This document shows, in pieces, positions 13,175-22,882 of a stretch of DNA of 64,000 nucleotides. Position 1 is the first letter of the stretch. The number at the start of each line of letters is the position of its first letter. A program made the translations under genes and the position numbers. The stretch comes from an uncultured Clostridia bacterium (GTDB lineage Bacteria > Bacillota > Clostridia > Christensenellales > Borkfalkiaceae): positions 17,347 to 81,346 of the forward strand of contig CANQJF010000002.1 of the NCBI GenBank assembly GCA_947624225.1. The letters are read 5' to 3'. Below the pieces are notes generated by a model. It was given only the letters and a program-made list of their open reading frames with translations. It was not told the origin of the DNA and made no database searches.

Positions 13175-13612
13175 TCAGTGCCCCGTCGAGCCGAACCCTC
13201 CCTCGCCGCGCACCGTCTCGCTCAGTTCGTCCGCAAAGCAAAAGCGGCCGGCGTAATAGGGCACAACGAGGAGCTGGGCAATCCGCTCGCCCGAGGAAAT
13301 TTTCTTCGATCCTCTTCCGTGGTTGTGGAGCGCCACCATGATCTCACCGCGGTAATCGCAATCGATGACGCCCACCTTGTTCGCCGGAGCGAGGTCTTGT
13401 TTGCAGGCAAGCCCGCTCCGCGCACAGACGAGCCCTACCGTGCCCGCGGGGAGTTCGATCGCGATCCCCGTATGCACAAAGACGGTCTCTCCCGCGGGGA
13501 TCTCATATTCCCCCACGCAATAGAGATCGGCGCCCGCGGCATGGGGGGACCCATAGGCGGGCAATTGTGCATTCTCCCGAAGTTTTTTTACGTTGATTTG
13601 GAAATTCGTCAT
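13175..13612 (-). CDS. dut: dUTP diphosphatase
   Basis: From ATG 13612: MTNFQINVKKLRENAQLPAYGSPHAAGADLY..., GVIDCDYRGEI, RGEGGFGSTG motifs. Confidence 0.92.
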   Translation of the reverse strand: MTNFQINVKKLRENAQLPAYGSPHAAGADLYCVGEYEIPAGETVFVHTGIAIELPAGTVGLVCARSGLACKQDLAPANKVGVIDCDYRGEIMVALHNHGRGSKKISSGERIAQLLVVPYYAGRFCFADELSETVRGEGGFGSTGH

Positions 13613-13671
13613 ATCTTTCCCGATAAAATCCGATGGATGAAAACCCGACCCGCGGCCGGGGATGGATGGCG

Positions 13672-14556
13672 CTATTCCGCTTTGAGCGGGATGGGCCTCT
13701 TGTCGCCGATAAACAGGACCGCAAGCGTGCCCGGTCCGCAATGCGAACCGATGACGGGCCCCACGGTCTGGCGGCGGATCTGTGCCTCGGGGCGCTTTTC
13801 GCGGATGAGCGCCGCGAGCTTGTCGCCCTCCTCCACACAGTCTGCGTCGAGGACATAGACGGGATATTCGGGCGCCGTCATCTCGTTGATACAGTGTTCG
13901 GCGAGCATGCGCATGGCTTTCTTGCGCCCCATCGCCTTTTCATAGACGCTCAGCCCGCCCTCCTCGTTGAACGTTAAAATGGGTTTGAGGCCGAGCATGG
14001 TGCCCGCCACGGCCGCCGCGGCAGACAGCCTACCCCCTCTCTTCAAGTGCATGAGGTCGTCCACCTCGAAGTAGCAGCCGAGACGGTCGCGGAAGTCATG
14101 CAAAAAGGCGAGGAGCTCCTCATCCGAGGCCCCCGTCTGTTTGAGGCGCGCCGCCGCCTCCACCTGCAAGCCCGCACCCAGCGAGATGGCCTTGGTGTCA
14201 AAGACGGTGCACTTCCTCTCCGGGAACTCCTCTTTGAGCTCTTTGAGCGCAACATCGAGGGAGCCGAACGTCCCGCTCATCGCGTGTGCGAAGCTGAGAT
14301 AGAGCACGTCCTCGCCGCGTGCAAAGTAGGGCCGCAAGAAGTCCTTATAATCCTCGGGATTGAGTGCCATGGTCCGCGGCACCACACCGCCGCGCACGGC
14401 GGAATAAAAGGCCTTGAAATCCGTGTTTTTCCCGAGGTCATAGTAGCATTGCTCTTCGTCCCGATAGATGTAGGGCATGGAAATGTAGTCAAGCCCCAAT
14501 TCCTCGGCATAGGTATACCACAGTTCACAGTTGGAATCGCAAATCAATACGCTCAT
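13672..14556 (-). CDS. DegV family fatty-acid-binding protein
   Basis: 294 aa. DegV-like features throughout (LYLSFAHAMSGTFGS, GRLSAAAAVAGTMLGLKPIL, GSHCGPGTLAV). Confidence 0.85.
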   Translation of the reverse strand: MSVLICDSNCELWYTYAEELGLDYISMPYIYRDEEQCYYDLGKNTDFKAFYSAVRGGVVPRTMALNPEDYKDFLRPYFARGEDVLYLSFAHAMSGTFGSLDVALKELKEEFPERKCTVFDTKAISLGAGLQVEAAARLKQTGASDEELLAFLHDFRDRLGCYFEVDDLMHLKRGGRLSAAAAVAGTMLGLKPILTFNEEGGLSVYEKAMGRKKAMRMLAEHCINEMTAPEYPVYVLDADCVEEGDKLAALIREKRPEAQIRRQTVGPVIGSHCGPGTLAVLFIGDKRPIPLKAE

Positions 14557-14659
14557 GGTTTCCTCCCATATTCTCTATAAATGGATTATAACAAAAGAAT
14601 GCCTCTCTGTCAAGCAAAAAGCCCGACGGCAGGCCGGGCTTCTTGATGCAAACGTTAGG

Positions 14660-16738
14660 TCACTTTACGGAATACAAGAGGTCCGTGTAGGTCGGGAAAG
14701 GCCAATACCGAGAAGCGGTCAACGTCTCCAATTCATCGGCGATCTTGCGGACTTTCTCCATGTCGGGAACGATCACATGCGCCATTGCCTGAGAGGCAGC
14801 GACGTCTCCCGCGGGCACATTTTTGAGGTCATTTTCCAACTCTTTGGTGGAGAGCATCAGCGAATTATTCAGATTGCAGAGCTCTTCCGCCATAACCATG
14901 TCCGTGGAATAGAACATCGTTTTGTTCACAGTGCGCTTGGCCGTGATGGCCGAACAGAGCTCGGCGGCATAGGCGTTGACGGCGGGCCAGATGTCCCGCT
15001 TCACCATCTCCGCCATTGTCTTTGCCTCGATGGCGATGGCTTTCGTGTAGTTTTCGAGCGCGATCTTGGCGCGGGCATGCACCTCCTTTTCGGTGTATAC
15101 GCCCTGCCGCACGAAGAGGTCGATGTTCTCCCGCTTCAAGAGTTCGGGAATGGCGTCGGCCGTCGTCTTGTTGTTGAGCAGGCCCCTCCTCTCGGCTTCG
15201 GGCTCCCAATCCGGGCCGTAACCGTTATAATTGAAGATGATGCGGTAATGCTCTTTCAAGAGCTTTTCGGTGTAAGCCTTGCACGCCTTGGGGAAATCCG
15301 CCGCCCCTTCGAGCACCTCATACGCATCCGAGAACGCCTGTGCCGCCATGGTGTTGAGCACGATGTTGGGGTCGGCGACGGAAGCCCGGGAGCCGAGCAT
15401 GCGGAATTCAAACTTGTTCCCCGTAAAGGCAAAGGGCGAGGTGCGGTTGCGATCCGTCGTATCGATGGGGAAGATGGGCGATTCGGGCACGCCGATGGAG
15501 CCCGGGACGGCCTTTTTGGGGACATATTGCCTGCCCATCACGATGGAATCGACCAATGCGCCGAGCTGGTCGCCGAGGTAGACGGAGATGATGGCGGGCG
15601 GCGCTTCGTCGGCGCCGAGGCGGTGGTCGTTGCCCGCGGACGCGACGCATGCGCGCAATACGCCCTGATATTTATCCACGGCCGCGATGACGCAGGCGAG
15701 GATGAGCATGAAGCGGGGATTCTCCTCGGGATTTTCGCCGGGATCGAGCAGATTGAGGCCCGTATCCGTGGAGAGCGACCAATTGTTGTGCTTGCCCGAG
15801 CCGTTGATGCCCTCGAAAGGCTTCTCGTGAAGCAGGCAGACGAGACCGTGTTTTTTGGCCACTTTCTTCATGAGCTCCATGGTGAGCTGGTTGGCGTCGA
15901 CGGCGACATTGGTCGTCGTAAAGACGGGCGCCAATTCGTGCTGGGCGGGCGCCACCTCGTTGTGCTTGGTCTTGGCAAAGATGCCGTATGACCACAGCGT
16001 CTCGTCGAGATCGCGCATGTATTCGGAGATGCGCGTTTTGAGGCTGCCGAAATAGTGGTCTTCAAGCTCCTGCCCGCGCGTGGAGGGCGCGCCGAAGAGC
16101 GTGCGGCCCGTGAGGATGAGGTCCTTTCTCTTTTCATACACCGCCTCGTCGATGAGGAAGTATTCCTGCTCGGGGCCGACCGTCGTCGCCACCTTTCTGC
16201 ACTCGATGCCGAACAGTTTCAACAGGCGCTTGGCTTGCAGATCGAGGGCGGTCATCGACTTTAAGAGCGGGGCCTTTTTGTCGAGCGTCTCCCCCGTGTA
16301 GGAGACAAAGATGGTGGGGATATAGAGCGTCCCCTCCTTGACAAAGGCGGGAGAGGTGGGATCCCACGCGGTGTAGCCGCGGGCGGCCGAGGTGGCACGG
16401 GAGCCGCCCGAGGGAAAGGAGGATGCGTCGGGCTCGCCGACGATCAGATTCTTCCCCGTCAATTGCATGATCACCCGGTCGCCGTCCGGCTCGATGAAGC
16501 TGTCGTGCTTTTCGGCGGTGAGGTTGGTGAGGGGCTGGAACCAATGCGTGTAGTGGGTCGCGCCCTTGGAGACCGCCCAATCTTTCATGGCGTTTGCAAC
16601 GGCGCCCGCGATGGCAGTGTCGAGCGGTTTGCCCTCGTCGATGGTTTGCCTTAAAGATTTGTAGACCTCCTTAGGGAGCGAATTCTTCATGACTTCGTCG
16701 TGAAAGACATTGCTCGCAAATAGCTCTGTGACGTTCAT
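14660..16738 (-). CDS. glnA: Glutamine synthetase, type III
   Basis: 692 aa. The N-terminus MNVTELFASNVFHDEVMKNSLPKEVYKSL... and the length are typical of GSIII. Conserved HYTHWFQP, NGSGKHNNWS and FEFRMLGS blocks. Confidence 0.92.
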   Translation of the reverse strand: MNVTELFASNVFHDEVMKNSLPKEVYKSLRQTIDEGKPLDTAIAGAVANAMKDWAVSKGATHYTHWFQPLTNLTAEKHDSFIEPDGDRVIMQLTGKNLIVGEPDASSFPSGGSRATSAARGYTAWDPTSPAFVKEGTLYIPTIFVSYTGETLDKKAPLLKSMTALDLQAKRLLKLFGIECRKVATTVGPEQEYFLIDEAVYEKRKDLILTGRTLFGAPSTRGQELEDHYFGSLKTRISEYMRDLDETLWSYGIFAKTKHNEVAPAQHELAPVFTTTNVAVDANQLTMELMKKVAKKHGLVCLLHEKPFEGINGSGKHNNWSLSTDTGLNLLDPGENPEENPRFMLILACVIAAVDKYQGVLRACVASAGNDHRLGADEAPPAIISVYLGDQLGALVDSIVMGRQYVPKKAVPGSIGVPESPIFPIDTTDRNRTSPFAFTGNKFEFRMLGSRASVADPNIVLNTMAAQAFSDAYEVLEGAADFPKACKAYTEKLLKEHYRIIFNYNGYGPDWEPEAERRGLLNNKTTADAIPELLKRENIDLFVRQGVYTEKEVHARAKIALENYTKAIAIEAKTMAEMVKRDIWPAVNAYAAELCSAITAKRTVNKTMFYSTDMVMAEELCNLNNSLMLSTKELENDLKNVPAGDVAASQAMAHVIVPDMEKVRKIADELETLTASRYWPFPTYTDLLYSVK

Positions 16739-16798
16739 ATGGCACTCCTAAAAAAAGATTTTCCCGTTTGGTAAGATCTCCCGCTCATCATAGGCAAC

Positions 16799-16836
16799 AT
16801 TATAAATTTTTTTGACCGCAAAGTCAAATGTTTGAC
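16799..16836 (-). promoter_or_regulatory. Sigma-A-type promoter of glnA with a palindrome over the -35
   Basis: On the minus strand: TTGACT (16822-16827), 17-nt spacer, TATAAT (16799-16804). The inverted repeat GTCAAA-tg-TTTGAC (16823-16836) overlaps the -35. Confidence 0.5.
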
Positions 16837-16856
16837 ATGCGAAAATCAAAGTCCTT

Positions 16857-17555
16857 TTATTCGAGAAAATCCTCCCTTTTGAGCCCCGCGCGGAGCTTTT
16901 CGAGCGCCTTTTTCTCAATTCTCGACACATAGGAGCGGGAGATTTTCAGCTTGGCGGCGACCTCCCGCTGCGCAAGCGGCACGCCCCCGTCGAGCGCATA
17001 GCGCATGCAGATGATCTCGCACTCCCGCACGTTCAGAACGGCCTTGACCGCGGCGAGAAATTTTTCCTGCATGAGCTTCTTCTCAACGCCCGCAAACACC
17101 TTTTCCTCCTTTTCGAAGAGGAGGTCCATGAGGGTGAGTTCGTTGCCGTCTTTGTCCGTTCCGACGGGGTCACTTAAAGACATGGTACCCTTGTATTTCT
17201 TCCCCGCGCGGATGAGCATCAAAATTTCGTTCTCGATGCAGCGCGCCGTATACGTCGCAAGGCGCGTCCCGCGGCCCTGCTCATAGGTGTTGATCGCCTT
17301 GATGAGCCCGATGGAGCCCACGGAGAGCATATCGTCGGTCTCCGCGGCGCCCGCATACTTCTTGGCAATGTGCGCCACGAGCCGCATGTTGTGCCGCACG
17401 AGGATGTCCCGCGCTTCGAGATCCCCCTCCTTTGCAAGTTTCAGATATTTCTCCTCGTCCTCCTGCGAAAGCGGCTTGGGATAGGAACTCCCGTCCGAGA
17501 CCGCTCCGGTAAAAAAGAAAAGCCGCGCGAACAGCGCATACAAATATTGCAGCAT
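16857..17555 (-). CDS. sigK: Sporulation sigma factor K (pro-sigma-K), uninterrupted
   Basis: From ATG 17555: MLQYLYALFARLFFFTGAVSDGSSYPKPLSQEDEEKYLKLAKEGDLEARDILVRHNMRLVAHIAKKY, LATYTARCIENEILMLIRA, ISRSYVSRIEKKAL. The pro-sequence and regions 2-4 match SigK better than SigE. Confidence 0.85.
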   Translation of the reverse strand: MLQYLYALFARLFFFTGAVSDGSSYPKPLSQEDEEKYLKLAKEGDLEARDILVRHNMRLVAHIAKKYAGAAETDDMLSVGSIGLIKAINTYEQGRGTRLATYTARCIENEILMLIRAGKKYKGTMSLSDPVGTDKDGNELTLMDLLFEKEEKVFAGVEKKLMQEKFLAAVKAVLNVRECEIICMRYALDGGVPLAQREVAAKLKISRSYVSRIEKKALEKLRAGLKREDFLE

Positions 17556-17743
17556 AGGCCACCTCTCATACCATTCTATGCAGCGGGGATTTTGTCCTAT
17601 GATGCACGGGCGGCCACATTCGCAAAAAGAGGCGCATTCGTCCCAAATAGGACGCCCCTCTGCTTCTCGGGTTCGAAAAAGGCCGCTACTTCCTCCCCCC
17701 ATTCCTCGGGAGAACAAGCCGCGCGGCCCATCCGAATTTTTGC

Positions 17744-17775
17744 CCAAAAAAACGCCCTGTAAGATTTACAGAGCG
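17744..17775 (-). terminator. Intrinsic terminator downstream of aspS
   Basis: Minus strand: CGCTCTGTAAATCTTACAGGGCG followed by TTTTTTT. Confidence 0.7.
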
Positions 17776-17806
17776 CTTGTTTCGGACATGGGGTGCACTG
17801 ATGACG

Positions 17807-19558
17807 TCAAGACTTCTTTTTGAGTTCAATGTGCACTTCGTCGAGCTGTTTCTTTTCGACGGGCGAGGGCGCGTTCATCATGAGGTCGCGCGCCTTGGCG
17901 TTCATGGGGAAAGCGATGACCTCGCGGATGTTCACGGTGTCCGCAATGAGCATGACCATGCGGTCCACGCCGGGGGCAACGCCTGCGTGCGGGGGCGCAC
18001 CGTATTCGAAAGCGTGATAGAGGGCGGGGAACTTGCTCTCCACCTCTTCTTTGCCGATGCCGACGAGGGAGAATGCTTTGAGCATGATGGCGGGATCGTG
18101 GTTGCGGACGGCGCCCGAGGAGAGCTCCACGCCGTTGCAGACGATGTCGTATTGGTAAGCGAGGATTTCGAGCGGGTCCTTGGTTTCGAGGGCTTCGAGG
18201 CCGCCCTGCGGCATGGAGAATGGATTGTGGCAGAATTCCAGCTCGCCGCTCTCCTCCCCGATCTCATACATGGGGAAGTCCACGATCCAGCAGAAGCGGT
18301 AGACATTCTTTTCGATCAGGTCGAGGCCCGTGCCGAGCATGGTGCGAAGAATTCCCGCGCGCTTTTGAACGGCCTGCAACTTGCTCTCGGCGACGAGGGC
18401 GACGAAAGCATTCTTTTCCGCACCGAGCGCCCGCTTCCACGCGTCGGCATTGCCGGCGACAAACTTTGCGATCCCGCCCGCGGGCGCGCCGTTTTCGTCG
18501 AGCTTGAACCAATACATGGCCCCGCCCTCCGTCTTGACCTTGAAGTCCTCGGCCGTCTTGTCGATCCACTTTCTCGGGACGTTCACGTCCTGCACACAGA
18601 TCGCCTTGACGCGCTTGCCCTGAATGGGCTCGAAGCCGCAATCGGCACACAGTTCGGTGACGTCCTTGATGATGAGCGGGTTGCGAAGATCGGGCTTATC
18701 CGTGCCGTAATCTTCGAGTGCGGTGAGGTACGGGATGCGTTTAAAGGGGGGCATGTCCGCGTTCCACCCCGAATATTTGGCAAAGACGGGCGGCAGGACG
18801 CGCTCCAAAACGGCAAACACATCCTCCTGCGTCGCGAACGCCATCTCGATATCCAATTGATAGAATTCTCCCGGAGAGCGGTCGGCGCGGGCGTCCTCGT
18901 CGCGGAAACAGGGCGCGATCTGGAAGTACTTATCGAAGCCCGAGCACATCAACAGCTGCTTGTACTGCTGCGGGGCCTGCGGGAGCGCATAGAACTCGCC
19001 GGGATAGATGCGGCTGGGCACGATGTAGTCGCGGGCGCCCTCGGGCGACGAGGAGGTGAGGATGGGCGTGGCGATCTCAAAGAAGCCCTCCTCCATCATC
19101 AGTTTGCGGAGGTCGGCGACGATCTTCGAGCGCAAGACGATCTTGTCGCGGACGGCGCTGTTGCGGAGGTCCAAAAAGCGGTAGCGGAGCCTTGCATCCT
19201 CCCCCGCCTCCGTCGAATGCGAGACCTCAAAGGGCAGCGCCTGCGTGGTGCGGCGGCCCAACACCTCCACGATCTCGGGAATGATCTCGATCTTTCCCGT
19301 GGGGAGTTTGTCGTTGGGAGCAGAGCGGAGGACGACGGTCCCCTCCACGCTGATGGTGGATTCCGTGGGGATATCGCGGAAAGCGGAGAGCATGGGCTCC
19401 TCCGAGCAGACCACCTGCGTGACGCCGTAAAAATCGCGGATCACGGCAAAGAGCAGGCCGCCCTTGTCGCGCTTGCTGTCGAGCCAGCCGGCGATCTTGA
19501 CTTTCTGCCCGACATGCTCCTCGCGGAGCTCGTTGCAGTTGTGTGTTCTAAAATACAT
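17807..19558 (-). CDS. aspS: Aspartate--tRNA ligase
   Basis: From ATG 19558: MYFRTHNCNELREEHVGQKVKIAGWLDSKRDKGGLLFAVIRDFYG..., with class II motifs (FRDEDARADR, GGGIAKF-type insertion, AFPM). Confidence 0.95.
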   Translation of the reverse strand: MYFRTHNCNELREEHVGQKVKIAGWLDSKRDKGGLLFAVIRDFYGVTQVVCSEEPMLSAFRDIPTESTISVEGTVVLRSAPNDKLPTGKIEIIPEIVEVLGRRTTQALPFEVSHSTEAGEDARLRYRFLDLRNSAVRDKIVLRSKIVADLRKLMMEEGFFEIATPILTSSSPEGARDYIVPSRIYPGEFYALPQAPQQYKQLLMCSGFDKYFQIAPCFRDEDARADRSPGEFYQLDIEMAFATQEDVFAVLERVLPPVFAKYSGWNADMPPFKRIPYLTALEDYGTDKPDLRNPLIIKDVTELCADCGFEPIQGKRVKAICVQDVNVPRKWIDKTAEDFKVKTEGGAMYWFKLDENGAPAGGIAKFVAGNADAWKRALGAEKNAFVALVAESKLQAVQKRAGILRTMLGTGLDLIEKNVYRFCWIVDFPMYEIGEESGELEFCHNPFSMPQGGLEALETKDPLEILAYQYDIVCNGVELSSGAVRNHDPAIMLKAFSLVGIGKEEVESKFPALYHAFEYGAPPHAGVAPGVDRMVMLIADTVNIREVIAFPMNAKARDLMMNAPSPVEKKQLDEVHIELKKKS

Positions 19559-19611
19559 AACTTGCCTCGTGAGACATTTTTTTCTATTATTGTAATCTTT
19601 CCGGCGCGCCT

Positions 19612-19660
19612 TGTCAACAAAATGCGCGCCCCGTTTTTCAAAAGAAAACGGGGCGCGCAC
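19612..19660 (-). terminator. Intrinsic terminator downstream of the RecD-like helicase gene
   Basis: Minus strand: TGCGCGCCCCGTTTT-cttttga-AAAACGGGGCGCGCA followed by TTTTGTTG. Confidence 0.7.
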
Positions 19661-19685
19661 GGCTTCCGAAAAAAATTTTTGCCCC

Positions 19686-20954
19686 TCACCGGATGATGAC
19701 GAGCTTTTGTTTGGCGCGGGTGATGGCGGTGTAGAGCCATGAGGCGCCGTCCTCGAACAGTCTGCTCTCGTCAAAGATGACGACATAGTCATATTCCGAG
19801 CCCTGCGCCTTGTGGCAGGTGACGGCATAGGCGAACTCGAAGCGGCAAATGGTATCCTCCCGCTTGACTTTCAGGCGGCGCAACACCTCAAAATTGCCCT
19901 CGTGCACCATCATGCCCCCTTCGAGCAGACATGCCTTGTCGCCGTATCCGTGGAAATATCTGCCCTCGGTAAAAATGCCCGCGTCGAAAGGAAGATTCTT
20001 CACGGGCTTGTCGAGGAAGTCGGCGACAAAGTCGAGCTGGCCCAGCCCATCCTCCTGCTCCCGTATGTGATAGCAAGTCCCGATGATGCCGTTGACAAGA
20101 TGAAAGTTCCCCTTTTCATCCAGCGGTTTGGACCAATCGTTAAGCGTGCAGATGAGTTTTTCCCCGTCGATGGGGAGCTGCGCCTCTGTCGGAATCCCGC
20201 GGAGAATGCGCGATTCGCGGTTGATGCGGCTGCGCGTCTTGTTGGTCCCCACGATGACGATGTCCGCTTCGAGAAGCAGACGGCGGCGCATTTCGGGGGA
20301 GATCCGCCGCTCCGAGACGACGGCGGCCCTGCTCCCGTAACTGCCGTAAGAGAGCCTCCCCCCGCCGCGCACGATCTCCGCCATCTGCACGATGGGATTG
20401 CCGAGCTCCTGCCGCACGATCTCTTGCAGGGTGATTGCGGGCACGGCCAGCACGGAATTGGTCCCCCCGACGGGAGGGAGCTGGGCGGGGTCGCCGCAAA
20501 GCAGGCATTTTACGCCAAAGGACAGGAGGTCCCGAAGCAGGTCGTCGGAGACCATCGAGGTCTCATCCACCACGATGAGTTTGAGCTCTTTTGGCAGACT
20601 TTCCCGCCGCACGAAGCGCAAAAAGCGCTCGGAGATGATCTCCCCGTCCTCGTTGACTTCCACATCCTCTTCCCGGATATAGATGAGGCTGTGCACCGTG
20701 CCCGCGGGCGTGCCGTTTCGGATGAGCACGGAGGCGGCTTTCCCCGTCGGGGCGACAAAGGCGACGCTCTCCCCGGGGATGAGGCCGAGGCTCCTCACGA
20801 CGTGATCGACCAAAAAGGTCTTGCCCGTTCCCGCATAGCCGCAAAGCACAAAGATCTGGGTGTTTAAATGCAGATACCATTCCTTGATGAACTCGGCGGC
20901 CTCCGCTTGGTCGTGCGTCAGCTTTACCTCCGGCGCAAGTGTTTTTTTCTCCAT
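19686..20954 (-). CDS. SF1 RecD/Dda-like ATP-dependent DNA helicase (single gene)
   Basis: 422 aa. Walker A GYAGTGKTF, motif II VVDETSMV, GDPAQLPPV and C-terminal AYAVTCHKAQGSEYDYV. Confidence 0.78.
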   Translation of the reverse strand: MEKKTLAPEVKLTHDQAEAAEFIKEWYLHLNTQIFVLCGYAGTGKTFLVDHVVRSLGLIPGESVAFVAPTGKAASVLIRNGTPAGTVHSLIYIREEDVEVNEDGEIISERFLRFVRRESLPKELKLIVVDETSMVSDDLLRDLLSFGVKCLLCGDPAQLPPVGGTNSVLAVPAITLQEIVRQELGNPIVQMAEIVRGGGRLSYGSYGSRAAVVSERRISPEMRRRLLLEADIVIVGTNKTRSRINRESRILRGIPTEAQLPIDGEKLICTLNDWSKPLDEKGNFHLVNGIIGTCYHIREQEDGLGQLDFVADFLDKPVKNLPFDAGIFTEGRYFHGYGDKACLLEGGMMVHEGNFEVLRRLKVKREDTICRFEFAYAVTCHKAQGSEYDYVVIFDESRLFEDGASWLYTAITRAKQKLVIIR

Positions 20955-21017
20955 GCAACCATTATAACAGATACAGGAAGAAATTGCAAACTTTTGTTCA
21001 CGCCTTTGGAAAAAAAT

Positions 21018-21419
21018 TTATCCGATGCGGAATTCCGCGAGAAGCGGGCGGCCGAAGAAATTCTCGTCGATATAGATGACGCCTCGCTCGAAGTGATAGG
21101 TCCGCGAATACGTTTCCGAGCCTTTCACCGCGGACATGGTTATCTCCTCTTCTGTCTCATCCACCGTATACGTTCCTCCCCACTCCCCGAACGCACCGTC
21201 TTTGCTCCGATAGGACAGCGTGAAGTCCCCGCCGTATTCGAGTTCCAGAGAGAGGGTGTAATCGTCGATGACCTCTCCGCCGAGGCGGATCCCATCACAT
21301 GTGTACACACCTGCATACGGGCAGGAAATTTCCGAGAGCGTGCTCATTCTTTGCACGTCGCAACCCGCCATGGTACAGACGGAAAACAGCAAGCCGACGG
21401 TCAGACATAATTTCCACAT
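21018..21419 (-). CDS. Small lipoprotein, function unknown
   Basis: 133 aa. Signal peptide with a lipobox (LLFSVCTMAGC). Confidence 0.6.
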   Translation of the reverse strand: MWKLCLTVGLLFSVCTMAGCDVQRMSTLSEISCPYAGVYTCDGIRLGGEVIDDYTLSLELEYGGDFTLSYRSKDGAFGEWGGTYTVDETEEEITMSAVKGSETYSRTYHFERGVIYIDENFFGRPLLAEFRIG

Positions 21420-21470
21420 GCAGGCAGTTTTTGCAAGCGGGGGCCAAACTATGCACCCCGCCCATCCCGC

Positions 21471-22391
21471 TCAATCTCTCCGCTTCCCCTTTTTTGCGGC
21501 AATGGCGATCATAAAAATGCCGAGCGCCACGGTGAGCGCACAGACGATTGCCCCCGTGATCGCGTTCATGGTGGCGACATTGACGGAATCCCCCGCATCG
21601 AACTCATGGAACATGGCCGTCTGCAAAGCGAGAATGGAGACCATCGCGTCGGCAAGGTTGATATTTTTCGCCGCCCGCACCGTCATTTCACTTCCCCGCC
21701 TCGTCTTGACAACGTTATAGACGGACACGATGATCTTATAAAAGGCGTAAATCGCATAGACATAGATCGTGATGCCCGTGTGGACGAAAGCATTGTTTGC
21801 GCGCACCATCTGCAAGATGGCGAATGAAAGCGCAATCGGGAGCAACAGCAAGACGATCCCGCAAATGCAGTAAATGCGCGTATCTTTCCGCTCGGTCATA
21901 TCTTCCGTTTGCCCCGCTTTGACAGCTTTTCTGCGGAAAACGTGATAGACAAGAATGATCCCGCGAAGCACGATTAAAAGAATATAGTAAGCGGCGAGCG
22001 CGCCAAACCAAACAGAGCCGATGAGAATGGCGACCGTGCCGTTGTAGACGGCGAACGCGAGATTGATTGCAAACGAGCCGACGGAGAATAAGATCGCGCG
22101 GAAGCCGTATTCCGTGAAAACTCTGTTCCAGAACGGCTTGTTTTCAGACCATTTCAAAATTCTCTCATTTAAATCGGGAAATGTCTTGATAAAGCCGTAA
22201 ATGCAGTAAGAGAGGCCCACGCACATCACGCCGAGAAAGGCATAGCCCGCCACGGTATACCCCGACAAGCTCTCTTGCGTCAAAAACAGCGTGCCGCCCA
22301 CCGCCCCGCCGATTCCGATGACGGCGAGAACAATTAAAAACCACAGCGGCGGTCTTTTTAGGAATTCAAAAAATTTCTGCATGGTTTTCAT
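21471..22391 (-). CDS. Polytopic membrane protein, function unknown, translationally coupled to the TetR gene
   Basis: From ATG 22391: MKTMQKFFEFLKRPPLWFLIVLAVIGIGG... with about 7 hydrophobic segments. Its start overlaps the TetR stop (TAATG). Confidence 0.6.
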   Translation of the reverse strand: MKTMQKFFEFLKRPPLWFLIVLAVIGIGGAVGGTLFLTQESLSGYTVAGYAFLGVMCVGLSYCIYGFIKTFPDLNERILKWSENKPFWNRVFTEYGFRAILFSVGSFAINLAFAVYNGTVAILIGSVWFGALAAYYILLIVLRGIILVYHVFRRKAVKAGQTEDMTERKDTRIYCICGIVLLLLPIALSFAILQMVRANNAFVHTGITIYVYAIYAFYKIIVSVYNVVKTRRGSEMTVRAAKNINLADAMVSILALQTAMFHEFDAGDSVNVATMNAITGAIVCALTVALGIFMIAIAAKKGKRRD

Positions 22392-22882
22392 TACAAAGCC
22401 GCTTTCATCGTGGGGCGCACACAGATGGAGATGACTTCGCAAATGAACAGGATATCGTCCTCGCACCCCCGCTTCACCCACTCCATTGTGATGGCTGTGA
22501 CGCCGCTGATGAAGTAACGGGACATATACTCCACGACTTTTCTTTCCGTCACGCCGTTTTTTGCATAGATCGGGACAAAGATGTTTTCAATGAGCTGCTG
22601 ATCCATTTCCCCGATCTGGAATGCCCCCGAATTATTGTAGACCTCGTAAAGCCGCCTGTTCTTCTTGACAAAGGTAAGATACGGCACAAGGTATTGCGGG
22701 GAGATGAAGATGAGCTCGTCCGCCGACATTTTGGAAATATCGACGACACCCACGGTCGAACTGAGGGAGGCGAAAAATTCCGACACGGCGCGCTCCTGTG
22801 TCTCCTTTAAGAGGTCGTATAAATTGTCATAGTGCGCATAAAAGGTGGAGCGGTTGACGCCCGCCCTCTCGCACACATCCAT
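22391..22882 (-). CDS. TetR/AcrR family regulator (N-terminal helix apparently cut off by a frameshift, see findings)
   Basis: MDVCERAGVNRSTFYAHYDNLYDLLKE is the TetR HTH recognition region. The same frame continues upstream as RRENDDALVALLEQKEFKDISI without a start codon. An ATG with a good context sits at 22980 in another frame. Confidence 0.7.
   Translation of the reverse strand: MDVCERAGVNRSTFYAHYDNLYDLLKETQERAVSEFFASLSSTVGVVDISKMSADELIFISPQYLVPYLTFVKKNRRLYEVYNNSGAFQIGEMDQQLIENIFVPIYAKNGVTERKVVEYMSRYFISGVTAITMEWVKRGCEDDILFICEVISICVRPTMKAAL

Noticed and set aside
16857-17555. A skin-like intervening element in sigK
   Set aside because: The ORF is continuous from the pro-sequence to region 4.2, and no recombinase is nearby.
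17556-19690. T-box leaders for aspS (and for argS at 53667-53816)
   Set aside because: The upstream spacers are only about 130-150 nt, and neither the conserved T-box sequence nor a specifier-loop/terminator arrangement is visible.
9233-19696. Other long antisense ORFs (9233-10573 minus; 14531-15991 plus; 17777-19696 plus) and similar ones later (41023-42096, 45457-45972, 52326-53381, 61368-62258, 62516-63685)
   Set aside because: The reasoning is the same. Each lies fully inside a confidently identified gene on the other strand (radA, glnA, aspS, clpC, argS, S41 protease, PucR).
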